The notes beneath the pieces were generated by a model. That model ran no database searches. It was not told the DNA's origin and was given only the letters and a program-made list of their open reading frames with translations. A stretch of 64,000 nt of DNA from Candidatus Staskawiczbacteria bacterium. GTDB taxonomy: Bacteria > Patescibacteriota > Minisyncoccia > Minisyncoccales > Staskawiczbacteraceae. Location: NCBI GenBank assembly GCA_023245155.1, contig JAHFKV010000001.1:267034-331033 (forward strand). The letters are read 5' to 3'. Below, one piece after another: positions 25,195 through 34,198 of this stretch (within the stretch, counting starts at the first letter, position 1; each line of letters opens with the position of its first letter). The position numbers and the translations under genes were made by a program.

Positions 25195-25222
25195 GGCCCA
25201 TCTTTTCAGGATGGGCCTTTTT
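25195..25222 (+). terminator. rho-independent terminator between convergent genes
   Basis: GGCCCATC (25195-25202) pairs with GATGGGCC (25210-25217), followed by TTTTT. Confidence 0.75.
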
Positions 25223-25224
25223 CA

Positions 25225-26169
25225 TTACGAAATCTTTCGATGCCAATCTAGGGTTTCTTCGATTCCTTCTTTAAAGCTGGTAGTAGGCTGCCAGCCAAGT
25301 TTTTCTTTGGCTTTGGACCAGTCTAGGTATTGGGCGGGGATTTCGTTTTTGGCAATATTTAAAATTTTATAGTTAACTTTTGTGCCTAAAATTTCTTGTA
25401 TTTTTTCCACCCCCTCAATAACGCTAAAAATATTTTTACTGCCGAAGTTAAAAGCTTCACCCTGCAATTCTTTGGCGCGCGCAGCCAGGGTAATGCAGCC
25501 TTTGGTGATGTCTTTTACATAGGTGTATTCGCGGATCATTTTGCCGTCGCTGCGAATTAAAAATTCTTCGTTGTGCAATATGGCTTTTACGACCCCGGGA
25601 ATGAGGCGTGAAAAATTGGTGTCGCCCGGGCCGTACACATTTGAAAAACGGGTGATGACAATGGGCATGTGATAGGTTTTCACATAGGTGGTGGTCAGTA
25701 AATCCGCTGCTGATTTTGAGGCGTCATAGGGGTGGCTGCCTCGCAACGCCGTGCTTTCGGTGTAGGGTAACGTTTGGGCGGTGCCATACGCCTTGTCAGA
25801 AGAAACCATTACTACCGAGGGGATCGTTGGCATGGTTCGGCAGATTTCTAATAGATTAACCGTTCCCATCACATTGGTTTCAATGGTTTTTAAGGGATTT
25901 TTATAGGCCACATCCACCAGTGGCTGGGCGGCCAAATGGAAAACCACAGAGGGTTTTTCCTTTTTGAAAATAGCCGCCATCTTTTTATAATCACGCACGT
26001 CAGTTTTATAGAACTTGGCTTTCGGGTGGATATTTTTTTTCAATCCCGAAGAGAGGTTATCAATCACCACTACCGTATTTTTTAACTCTGCCAAATCGGC
26101 CACCAAATGGCTGCCAATAAACCCCGCCCCGCCCGTTACCACGATTTTTTTTCTGGTTAGTCTTTCCAT
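25225..26169 (-). CDS. NDP-sugar 4,6-dehydratase/epimerase (SDR), probably the CDP-glucose 4,6-dehydratase partner of RfbF
   Basis: KIVVTGGAGFIGSHL, SSDKAYG, YDASKSAADLL. Overlaps rfbF by 13 nt. I prefer ATG 26169 to the TTG at 26196. Confidence 0.7.
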   Translation of the reverse strand: MERLTRKKIVVTGGAGFIGSHLVADLAELKNTVVVIDNLSSGLKKNIHPKAKFYKTDVRDYKKMAAIFKKEKPSVVFHLAAQPLVDVAYKNPLKTIETNVMGTVNLLEICRTMPTIPSVVMVSSDKAYGTAQTLPYTESTALRGSHPYDASKSAADLLTTTYVKTYHMPIVITRFSNVYGPGDTNFSRLIPGVVKAILHNEEFLIRSDGKMIREYTYVKDITKGCITLAARAKELQGEAFNFGSKNIFSVIEGVEKIQEILGTKVNYKILNIAKNEIPAQYLDWSKAKEKLGWQPTTSFKEGIEETLDWHRKIS

Positions 26170-26870
26170 AATTTCCACTTGGGATCTTTTTCCCAAAGCT
26201 CATTTAAATACAAAAAATCTTTATAGGTGTCCATGCCGTACCAAAAGCCTTCGTGCTTGTATAAGGCAGCTTGCTTCATTGGGATAAGCAGTTTCAGCGG
26301 GTCTTCAATCATGTCTCCCGGCTTTAAGTAGTTGAAAAATTCTTTGTTGAGCACCATGAAACCTCCGTTCACGTAGTCATAGAGCATAGGCTTTTGGGCA
26401 AATTCGGTAATGAGATTATCTTTGTCGGTATTTACCAATCCCCAGCGGGATTCCGGGTGCACCCCGGTGATGGTGGCAATTTTTCCGTGGCTTTTATGGA
26501 AGGCCACCAGCTTGGCAATATCAATGTCAGCCACCCCGTCTCCATAGGTGACCATGAACATATCTTCGGTAATGTGGGGCTTCATTTTTAACACCCGTTC
26601 GCCGTGGGGGGTTTCTAGGCCCGTGTCAATCGGCGTAACGGCAAATCCATGGTTGTTTTTGGAAAAATAGTCTTGAATCACTTCTCCCCTAAAGCCCAGA
26701 GCCGGCAGAAAGTGGTTATAGCCGTAGTGGTGATAAATTTTCATGATATGCCAAAGCATCGGCTTGCCGCCAATTTCCACCATCGGTTTGGGCTTGAATT
26801 CAGTTTCTTCTTTTAAGCGGGTGCCCGTACCTCCGCACAAGATAATCGTTTTGATTTTAGGGGAATCCAT
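26157..26870 (-). CDS. rfbF: glucose-1-phosphate cytidylyltransferase
   Basis: KTIILCGGTGTRLKEETEFKPKPMVEIGGKPMLWHIMKIY, typical of RfbF/DdhA. Confidence 0.9.
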   Translation of the reverse strand: MDSPKIKTIILCGGTGTRLKEETEFKPKPMVEIGGKPMLWHIMKIYHHYGYNHFLPALGFRGEVIQDYFSKNNHGFAVTPIDTGLETPHGERVLKMKPHITEDMFMVTYGDGVADIDIAKLVAFHKSHGKIATITGVHPESRWGLVNTDKDNLITEFAQKPMLYDYVNGGFMVLNKEFFNYLKPGDMIEDPLKLLIPMKQAALYKHEGFWYGMDTYKDFLYLNELWEKDPKWKLWKD

Positions 26871-26896
26871 AGTATAATAATATATTATAAAATAGC

Positions 26897-27904
26897 ATGG
26901 AAAAGGTAAAAAGACAACCTAAAATCAGCGTGATGCTGCTCACCTATAATCGAGATAAGCTGCTGCCCCGCGCCATTAAAAGCGCGTTAAACCAGACTTT
27001 CGGAAATTTTGAATTGGTGATTGTTAATAATGCCGCCACCGATACCACTGAGGCCGTGATCCAATCTTTTTTGGGAGACCCGCGGATTGTCTATAGAAAG
27101 CATGAAAAAAATACCGGCCCCTTCGGAGGATTGAATACCTGCTTAGATCTGGTAACCGGTGAATATGTGCTGAATTTGGCCGACGATGATGAACTGGTGC
27201 CAAATGCTTTGGAAACTATTTCTGACGCCATTGACCGGCTTTCGCCCCGGGGCATCCAGATTATCTATTTTGATTCTATTGACGCGGAAGTTCAGCAGTA
27301 CAGCGGTTCTGGTATTAAAAAAGAAGGGCCGGTAGCCTATGAGGATTATCTATGCAATCGTTTCAATGGCGACTACCAGGTGGTAATGGCCCGGTCAGTT
27401 ATTGGTAACAACCGTTTTGATCAAAATGCCTGGGGCGGTATGACCACCACCTATGGGTTGCGCTGTCACCGCGGAAATTTGGCCTATTATGTGCCAAAAA
27501 TCATTGCAAAATTATACCGATTGCACGGGGAAAGCCGGATTACCCGGGCTGAAACCACTCTGTATCACCATTTGCCAAAAATGTTGGGAACCCTGGAATC
27601 ATTTTTGGGAGAATTTGGCGAAGAAATTAAAAAAGCCTGCCCGGCTAATTATGGAGAGCGCTTAGCTTCTCTGGGGTTTTACCAAATCTTAAATGGCCGC
27701 TCCAAAGAAGGCCGAGTTCATTTGGCCACGGCTTTGAAATTCCGTTTTTCAGTTTTTCATGCCTTTGTTTATGTGGCTTCTTTTGCTTTAACTGCCCAGC
27801 AAATCAAATCCCTCTGCCTGATTTTTTTCAATATCCGCGAACGCTTGGTTAATCTTATTAAAAAATTCAAAAAACCAGTCGCCCTTACCAATGTCAGAGC
27901 ATAG
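26897..27904 (+). CDS. glycosyltransferase family 2
   Basis: ISVMLLTYNRDKLLPRAIKSALNQTFGNFELVIVNNAATD and ADDDE. Confidence 0.88.
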   Translation: MEKVKRQPKISVMLLTYNRDKLLPRAIKSALNQTFGNFELVIVNNAATDTTEAVIQSFLGDPRIVYRKHEKNTGPFGGLNTCLDLVTGEYVLNLADDDELVPNALETISDAIDRLSPRGIQIIYFDSIDAEVQQYSGSGIKKEGPVAYEDYLCNRFNGDYQVVMARSVIGNNRFDQNAWGGMTTTYGLRCHRGNLAYYVPKIIAKLYRLHGESRITRAETTLYHHLPKMLGTLESFLGEFGEEIKKACPANYGERLASLGFYQILNGRSKEGRVHLATALKFRFSVFHAFVYVASFALTAQQIKSLCLIFFNIRERLVNLIKKFKKPVALTNVRA

Positions 27905-29366
27905 AATCTTTTTTAAACGAATCGCTTCCATTGGGGTGGTCAAAATTTTTACCAGTTTCCGGGGTTTAATTATCTTGCCACTGCTGACGAAAACTCTGGG
28001 GGTGGCTTACTATGGGGTATGGGCCCAGATTTTAATTACCATTGGGTTATTAACCCCCCTGCTCACCCTGAACTTGGCCACGCCCATGGTCAGATTTTTA
28101 GCAGCTGAAAAAGATACCAAAAAAACCGCCCAAGGAATTTTTACTGTCATTTTCACGGTGTTGGCAGCAGCCGGTTTTTTTAGCTTAATTCTATTTTTAT
28201 TTTCAGATTCCACTGCCCTCCTGCTGTTGCAAGACCGGTCATACGCCCCATTCATTCAATTGGCCGCGGCGGTACTGATTTTTGAAGTGGTGAGCCAGAT
28301 TAGCATGGATTCATTTCGGATTTTCGGTCAGATTACCACCTATTCTTTCTTAAGCATTTTTCAAACTATCTTAGAAGTCAGCTTAATTATGGCAGCCATT
28401 TTTCTTGGCTGGGGCTTACCAGGAGCGCTGCTGGCCTTATTGATTACCAGAGCGGCGGTTTCTGGTATCGCTTTGGTATACATTTTTTGGCACACGGGAT
28501 TTGCCTTGCCCCGTCTTTCAATTTTAAAACCATACCTGGCCTTCGCCTTGCCATTGCTGCCATTGGGTTTATTTGATATATTAATTAATTCTGGCGACCG
28601 CTTTGTGATAGGATTTTTCAAGGGAGCCGTGGCCGTGGGCGTATATTCGGCCACTTATAGCATTGGGTTTTTAACCGTCATTTTCATTTTTCCCATTGCT
28701 TACATTCTATCTCCCACTATTTTTAAACTCTTTGACGAAGGCCAAATTGAGAAAGTTACCATGTATTTATCATATTCATTAAAATACTTTTTAGTATTTG
28801 CCATTCCTTCGGTATTCGGCTTAACCGTCTTGGCTAAAACCTTGCTCAGAACGCTAGCCACCTCTGAATTCGTGGCATTTAACAGTATGATAATTGTGCT
28901 AATGATTGCTTTGGGGGCGCTGTTATACGGGGTGCAGGCCGTGTATGGCCAAGTTATCATGCTGAAGAAAAAAACCAGCTTTTTCATTTTGGCATTTGGC
29001 ATCGGAGTTCTTTCCAATATGGTGTTAAATGTGATATTGATTCCTTACTGGGGCCCTTTAGCCGCCGCCGCCAGTACCCTGGTAGCCTACTTGTTAGTAG
29101 CGGCTTTGATTATTGGAAAATCCCGGCAGTATGTAAGGTTTGAGTTTAATACCGTTTTTGTCGCCAAAAGTATTTTTGCTTCCTGTCTGATGGCTTTAGC
29201 CATTGCTACTTTTAATCCGATTGGCTCTATCCAGATTTTACTAGCGGTGGGAGGGGGCGCTCTAGTCTATTTTTCCTTACTCTTGTTCAGCCGCGCATTC
29301 AGCTCACAAGAAATCGCTTTCTTTTCTTCAGCCTTACATATTCGTCATATCTTTGAAATACTATGA
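27891..29366 (+). CDS. Wzx-like flippase (second copy; MOP superfamily)
   Basis: 491 aa polytopic membrane protein. Confidence 0.75.
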   Translation: MSEHRIFFKRIASIGVVKIFTSFRGLIILPLLTKTLGVAYYGVWAQILITIGLLTPLLTLNLATPMVRFLAAEKDTKKTAQGIFTVIFTVLAAAGFFSLILFLFSDSTALLLLQDRSYAPFIQLAAAVLIFEVVSQISMDSFRIFGQITTYSFLSIFQTILEVSLIMAAIFLGWGLPGALLALLITRAAVSGIALVYIFWHTGFALPRLSILKPYLAFALPLLPLGLFDILINSGDRFVIGFFKGAVAVGVYSATYSIGFLTVIFIFPIAYILSPTIFKLFDEGQIEKVTMYLSYSLKYFLVFAIPSVFGLTVLAKTLLRTLATSEFVAFNSMIIVLMIALGALLYGVQAVYGQVIMLKKKTSFFILAFGIGVLSNMVLNVILIPYWGPLAAAASTLVAYLLVAALIIGKSRQYVRFEFNTVFVAKSIFASCLMALAIATFNPIGSIQILLAVGGGALVYFSLLLFSRAFSSQEIAFFSSALHIRHIFEIL

Positions 29367-30577
29367 AATCACCTTATAAAGTAACCTATGCAAAAGCGGT
29401 GCATGGCCCAGAAGAGTTACGAGCGGTGACTGATGTTATAAATAGTCATGCCACGGCCATGGGAAAGAATGTGCGCGGTTTTGAGATGGGGGTGGCCAAG
29501 CTGTTTGGAAAAAAGTTTGGAATCATGGTGAATTCCGGTTCTTCGGCCAATTTGTTAGCCGCCCGGATTTTTAACTTGCCGCCCGGTTCTGAATTTATTA
29601 CCCCGGTTCTGACGTTTTCTACTACCATTGCGCCTTTTTTACAGCAGGGTTTGGTGCCTGCATTTGTTGATGTACAAGCAGGCACGTACCAAATTGATGT
29701 TGAAAAAATTGAAGCCATGATTACCAAGAAAACCAAGGCTCTGGTGGTGCCGCTGTTGTTGGGAAATGTGCCAGATCTGGGGCGCCTGCGAGCCATTGCC
29801 AAAAAACATAAGTTGCTTTTTCTGGAAGATTCTTGCGATACGCTTGGGGCAACGTTTTATGGTAAGCCAACCGGCCGGTTTTCTGACGCTTCAATTACCA
29901 GTTTTTACGGCTCCCACGTGATTACGGCCGGGGGCAGCGGCGGGATGCTGTGTATTGATCGCCAGGCTTGGCGCCGCAAAGCTTTGATGCTCCGGGGCTG
30001 GGGCCGGACTTCTTCGGTGATTGATTCAGAAGATATTAAAAAACGTTTTGGCGCGCGCATTGCCGGCAAGCCTTATGATGCCAAATTTTTGTTTGAAGAA
30101 GTGGGTTACAATTTTGTTCCCAATGAAATGGAGGCGGCCTTTGGCTTGGCCCAGCTGAAAAAATTAGCATCGTTCCGAAAGATTCGTCAGCAGAATTTCA
30201 AGGCCCTCAAAACCTATTTTAAGCAGTATGAAAACCTGTTTGTGTTACCCGAAGAATTGCCCGGTACCAATACCGCCTGGCTGGCATTTCCCCTAACCAT
30301 CAAACCTGGCGCACCCTTTTCGCGTTACGACCTAGTGGCTTATTTGGAAACCCATGGCGTGCAAACGCGGCCGGTGTTTACGGGCAATGTGTTGCGTCAG
30401 CCTGCTTTTAAAAACCTGCGGGCCTCACGTAGTCGCCAGGGCTACCCGATAGCCGATAAGATCATGCAACAGGGTTTTCTGATCGGTTGCCATCATGGGA
30501 TGGACAAAGCCCAGCTAGATTTCCTGAAGGGGTTATTTGAAACCTTCCTTACACCATGGAAAAAAAGCCGCTCTTAA
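29363..30577 (+). CDS. DegT-family NDP-hexose 3-dehydratase-like enzyme (RfbH/E1 or ColD type)
   Basis: DegT/DnrJ/EryC1 fold (MVNSGSSANLLA). The PLP-Lys position reads His (SFYGSHVITAGG; His codon 29915-29917), whereas the paralog at 48384 has AFYPNKQITTGEGG. Confidence 0.7.
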   Translation: MKSPYKVTYAKAVHGPEELRAVTDVINSHATAMGKNVRGFEMGVAKLFGKKFGIMVNSGSSANLLAARIFNLPPGSEFITPVLTFSTTIAPFLQQGLVPAFVDVQAGTYQIDVEKIEAMITKKTKALVVPLLLGNVPDLGRLRAIAKKHKLLFLEDSCDTLGATFYGKPTGRFSDASITSFYGSHVITAGGSGGMLCIDRQAWRRKALMLRGWGRTSSVIDSEDIKKRFGARIAGKPYDAKFLFEEVGYNFVPNEMEAAFGLAQLKKLASFRKIRQQNFKALKTYFKQYENLFVLPEELPGTNTAWLAFPLTIKPGAPFSRYDLVAYLETHGVQTRPVFTGNVLRQPAFKNLRASRSRQGYPIADKIMQQGFLIGCHHGMDKAQLDFLKGLFETFLTPWKKSRS

Positions 30578-31647
30578 GCATTGCCATTCCTACATACAAT
30601 CGGGCGGCTCACTTGCAGGATCTGTTGCGCCAAATTGCGCCCTACGCGTACCAATCACAAGGGTTGGTGGAAATATGTATTTCCAGTAACGGTTCAACTG
30701 ATCATACCCGCCAAATGGTTGCTAATTTCCAGCAAGAGTATCCTCAGGTCATTACCTACCATGAACATAAAACCAATTTAGGCTTTGACAGGAATGTGCT
30801 GAAGGTCATAGAAATTTCTCGCGGAGATTATATTTGGACCTTTGGGGATGACGATTCATTTGCAAACGACGGCCTGGCGGCGGTGGTGAATTTGCTTAAA
30901 ACCTTAGATCAAAAAACCACCGGCGTGGTAGTTGCCAGAATGGATTTATATTTTACTGATGTTACTACCAATCAAAAAGTATTCTATGGCAGTTTTTTGA
31001 GTAACGACACGGTGGGGATGTCATTTGGGGACGCCGGATCAATGACTCCGCTGATTTTTAACAGCTATTTTTTAAAGCGCATCATTTCTGAGGAATCTGA
31101 AATGATAGAACAAGCTGTTGGGATTGTGTTTATGCACGTGGTTTTGAGAAGCTTGATGTTGTTACGGTATCCTCAGTTGCAGGCGGTGATGATGAATCGC
31201 CCGGTCATTTTCATGGTGGTGAACCCATGCAAGTTTTTTGTAGAAGATAAGTTTTTGTTAAACTACCAGGGCCAGAAAAAGTTAAATCGCATGCTGCTGG
31301 GGTACCAATATATGGATAGCAAGCATACGGCAACTATTACCAAGAATAATGCCATGTTGCGGTGGGGGTTTACGATGAACATGGTGATGATGAGAATCTT
31401 TAATGGCCTTAACTGTTTTTCGTATCCGGGTGCTCTGCGTCTGTTTTTTACACAGGCAAATGTTGCCGACGCCCTGTTATTTGCAAGTGTTTTTTTAACC
31501 CTTTCTCTCACTCCGCGTAGCATATTAATCTGGCTCTACCAGCTTTTGTTGATGAAGCGATACGGCAAACAGTGGAAGCAGCGGTGGTTTTTAATCCGTA
31601 ATTTTAACGCTATGATGGGCCAAGGCACCCGCCGACAGCCGACATGA
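30556..31647 (+). CDS. glycosyltransferase family 2 with hydrophobic C-terminal region
   Basis: LLSIAIPTYNRAAHLQDLL...SSNGSTDHT...FGDDD. Confidence 0.8.
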   Translation: MEKKPLLSIAIPTYNRAAHLQDLLRQIAPYAYQSQGLVEICISSNGSTDHTRQMVANFQQEYPQVITYHEHKTNLGFDRNVLKVIEISRGDYIWTFGDDDSFANDGLAAVVNLLKTLDQKTTGVVVARMDLYFTDVTTNQKVFYGSFLSNDTVGMSFGDAGSMTPLIFNSYFLKRIISEESEMIEQAVGIVFMHVVLRSLMLLRYPQLQAVMMNRPVIFMVVNPCKFFVEDKFLLNYQGQKKLNRMLLGYQYMDSKHTATITKNNAMLRWGFTMNMVMMRIFNGLNCFSYPGALRLFFTQANVADALLFASVFLTLSLTPRSILIWLYQLLLMKRYGKQWKQRWFLIRNFNAMMGQGTRRQPT

Positions 31648-31650
31648 TAT

Positions 31651-32787
31651 ATGATTGAAAAAAAACCATTATTAAGCATTGCCATCCCCACCTATAATCG
31701 GGCGAAGTTCCTCAAAAACCTGCTTGGCATGATTCTGCCCCAAGTTTTGGAACTGCCCGGCCTGGTCCAGGTGTGCATTTCTAATAATAAATCCACCGAT
31801 GAAACTGGAGATCTGGTGGCAGGCTTCCAACAGCAATATCCCGAGTTGATAAAATACCAAGAACAGGAAAGGAACTTTGGGGCGCATACGAATTTTTTAA
31901 AAGTCATGGAAATGTCAGACGGCCAGTTTGTTTGGTTGCTGGGAGATGATGACACCGTTGTTGCAGGCGGGATTAAAAAAGTTATTGATGCGCTTGCAGC
32001 TTGCAATCCCAAGGAAACCGGCTTATTGGCTTTAGCTTGCCAGTCGTATTTTGTTGAATCTTCCAGCGGACGTGAAATTACCTATTCTTCTACCCTTCAA
32101 AAAAACAAACCAGTCCGATATGCCATAGACCGAAACGAGGTGATTGGGCAATCGTTTCCGGCCGCGGTGTTTATTTCCATTTTGCTGTTGAATAATGATT
32201 TTTTAAAAAAAATCTTCCAAGAAGAAAAAGATTTGGTGAAAAAAGCGGTGGAAGCCAAAGAATTTATCCATACCTTTTTATATCGCCTGATGTTTTTGAA
32301 GTATCGTCAATTGCAAGCGCTGTGGGTAAATGAAATTATCGTTCGTGACGAAGCTCATCGCTACAAATTTTATGTTGAAGATATTTTCCAGATTCATTAT
32401 ATCACCTGGGTCAGGCTGTGCGATTTGTTACTTTCTTCAGGGTACGCTGCAGGTTATGAATCAATGATTGCAAAGGATAAGCGGCGGGTGGTAAAAATGG
32501 TGATGATGGAAATGGCCATGATGAAATGTTTTGGGGGATTTAATTACACTTCGTTTAGTAAGTGCATCCAGCGGTTCTTTCAGGAAGCTCCCGTGAGGCT
32601 GGCTCTGGCGTTTTCATTTTCCTTTGTAGTATGCGCTGTGGTTCCTTCTTTTATGTTAAGAAATTTATATAAAGCGTTTGTCAGGCTCAAGCATGGCGGA
32701 AATTGGAAAAATATCTGGTTATATGTTACCGTCAAAAATGCCAATATGGCTCAAGGTAGTCGCAGGTTATTTGATTATGGAACCTAA
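31651..32787 (+). CDS. glycosyltransferase family 2, tandem paralog of 30556..31647
   Basis: LLSIAIPTYNRAKFLKNLL...SNNKSTDET...LGDDD. Collinear with the upstream gene along its whole length. Confidence 0.8.
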   Translation: MIEKKPLLSIAIPTYNRAKFLKNLLGMILPQVLELPGLVQVCISNNKSTDETGDLVAGFQQQYPELIKYQEQERNFGAHTNFLKVMEMSDGQFVWLLGDDDTVVAGGIKKVIDALAACNPKETGLLALACQSYFVESSSGREITYSSTLQKNKPVRYAIDRNEVIGQSFPAAVFISILLLNNDFLKKIFQEEKDLVKKAVEAKEFIHTFLYRLMFLKYRQLQALWVNEIIVRDEAHRYKFYVEDIFQIHYITWVRLCDLLLSSGYAAGYESMIAKDKRRVVKMVMMEMAMMKCFGGFNYTSFSKCIQRFFQEAPVRLALAFSFSFVVCAVVPSFMLRNLYKAFVRLKHGGNWKNIWLYVTVKNANMAQGSRRLFDYGT

Positions 32788-33490
32788 TATTTACGAACAG
32801 ATAGATCCTGATGTGTATCGCCAGCGTGGTCAGGCAAATGAAATTGAGAGCTATCAATTTCAACACTGGCGCCCAAGGATTTTAGATGCCATTGCCAAGT
32901 ATGCAAAAAATGCCGTGGTGCTGGATTTGGGCTGCGGACCAGGCGCGGATTGTTTTGAAATGAAAAAGTATGCCGCCAAAGTGTATGGAGTTGATTCTTC
33001 GCAAAAGATGATTGAGTATGCCAAAGCAACCTATCCGGGGATTGATTTTATCCATGCTGACGCGGCGGCCACAACCTTGCAAACCGGTTCTATCGATACC
33101 GTACTTTCCATTGGGCTTTTTGAATATGCCGCTGACAAACAACGGGTCATGCAAGAAATTTCACGGGTAGTGAAGCCGGGCGGCATGGCGGTTATTTTAG
33201 CTCCCAATAAATATAGCATGCCACGCGGTTTCTATGCCTTAGCTTGCGCGGTTATCGGCAAAAAAAGGGTGTGCAGCGAACCTTCATTTGGCCAAATGCT
33301 TCGCATGTTTAAAGCCGCCGGTTTCTTGCTGGTTGAATCTGCTATGGATGACGGACTCTTTTTCTTGCCGCGCCCGTTTGAAAAGTTGCTGGGACGCCGC
33401 ACTTGGTTGGTTATTGAAAAATGCTTTAAGCCTTTCGGCCGTAATCCCTTGAGCATGAATATGTTATTTATCATTAAAAAGAATGTATGA
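32777..33490 (+). CDS. class I SAM-dependent methyltransferase
   Basis: VLDLGCGPGADC motif. ATG 32777 overlaps the upstream gene by 11 nt. Confidence 0.8.
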   Translation: MEPNIYEQIDPDVYRQRGQANEIESYQFQHWRPRILDAIAKYAKNAVVLDLGCGPGADCFEMKKYAAKVYGVDSSQKMIEYAKATYPGIDFIHADAAATTLQTGSIDTVLSIGLFEYAADKQRVMQEISRVVKPGGMAVILAPNKYSMPRGFYALACAVIGKKRVCSEPSFGQMLRMFKAAGFLLVESAMDDGLFFLPRPFEKLLGRRTWLVIEKCFKPFGRNPLSMNMLFIIKKNV

Positions 33491-34197
33491 AACATAATTA
33501 TTTTTTACGCCAGCTTTACTACGTAAACGTCAGCCTTACCAATACCTTTGCGGCATGGTACGTGAGGCTGGGCAACGCCGGCCGGGTCGCTCATTATTTG
33601 ACAACCCATCCGATTAAAAAACTCCATCTTGGGGCCGGGGGGAATCTGTTGCCCGGCTGGTGTAATACTGATATTGTTCCGGATTTAAAAACCGGCGTGT
33701 ACCTTAACATTACCAGGCACTTTCCTTTTGCATCTGGCAGTTTTGAATATGTGTTTAGCGAACATACCATAGAACACATATCACTGCGGCAGGGGATTGC
33801 TATGTTGCAAGAATGCTTCCGGGTCCTAAAGCCCAAAGGCAGGGTGCGCATTGCCACGCCGGATTTGAAATTTTTAATAGAAATGTATAACCAAGAAAAA
33901 ACTGATTTGCAAAAACGGGAAATTACCAGAATCGTTGATATGGTTTTTCCCGATGTCAACTTGTATTACGACTCGTTTGTGATTAATAACTTTTTTAGGA
34001 ATTGGGGCCATCAGTTTATCTATGACTATAAAGTGCTGAAAGCACTGTTGGAGCGGGTTGGTTTTACCCAGGTGACCTTATGCCAGGTGGCAGAGTCCGC
34101 AGACGAGAATTTACGGGGCTTGGAAGCCCACGGCAAGTTCATATCGCCAGAAAGCAACAAACTGCAAACCTTTGTGGTTGAAGCGGTAAAACCGTAA
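33487..34197 (+). CDS. SAM-dependent methyltransferase (type 11-like)
   Basis: LHLGAGGNLLPGW...SEHTIEHI...RVLKPKGRVRIATPD. Confidence 0.75.
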   Translation: MKHNYFLRQLYYVNVSLTNTFAAWYVRLGNAGRVAHYLTTHPIKKLHLGAGGNLLPGWCNTDIVPDLKTGVYLNITRHFPFASGSFEYVFSEHTIEHISLRQGIAMLQECFRVLKPKGRVRIATPDLKFLIEMYNQEKTDLQKREITRIVDMVFPDVNLYYDSFVINNFFRNWGHQFIYDYKVLKALLERVGFTQVTLCQVAESADENLRGLEAHGKFISPESNKLQTFVVEAVKP

Positions 34198-34198
34198 C

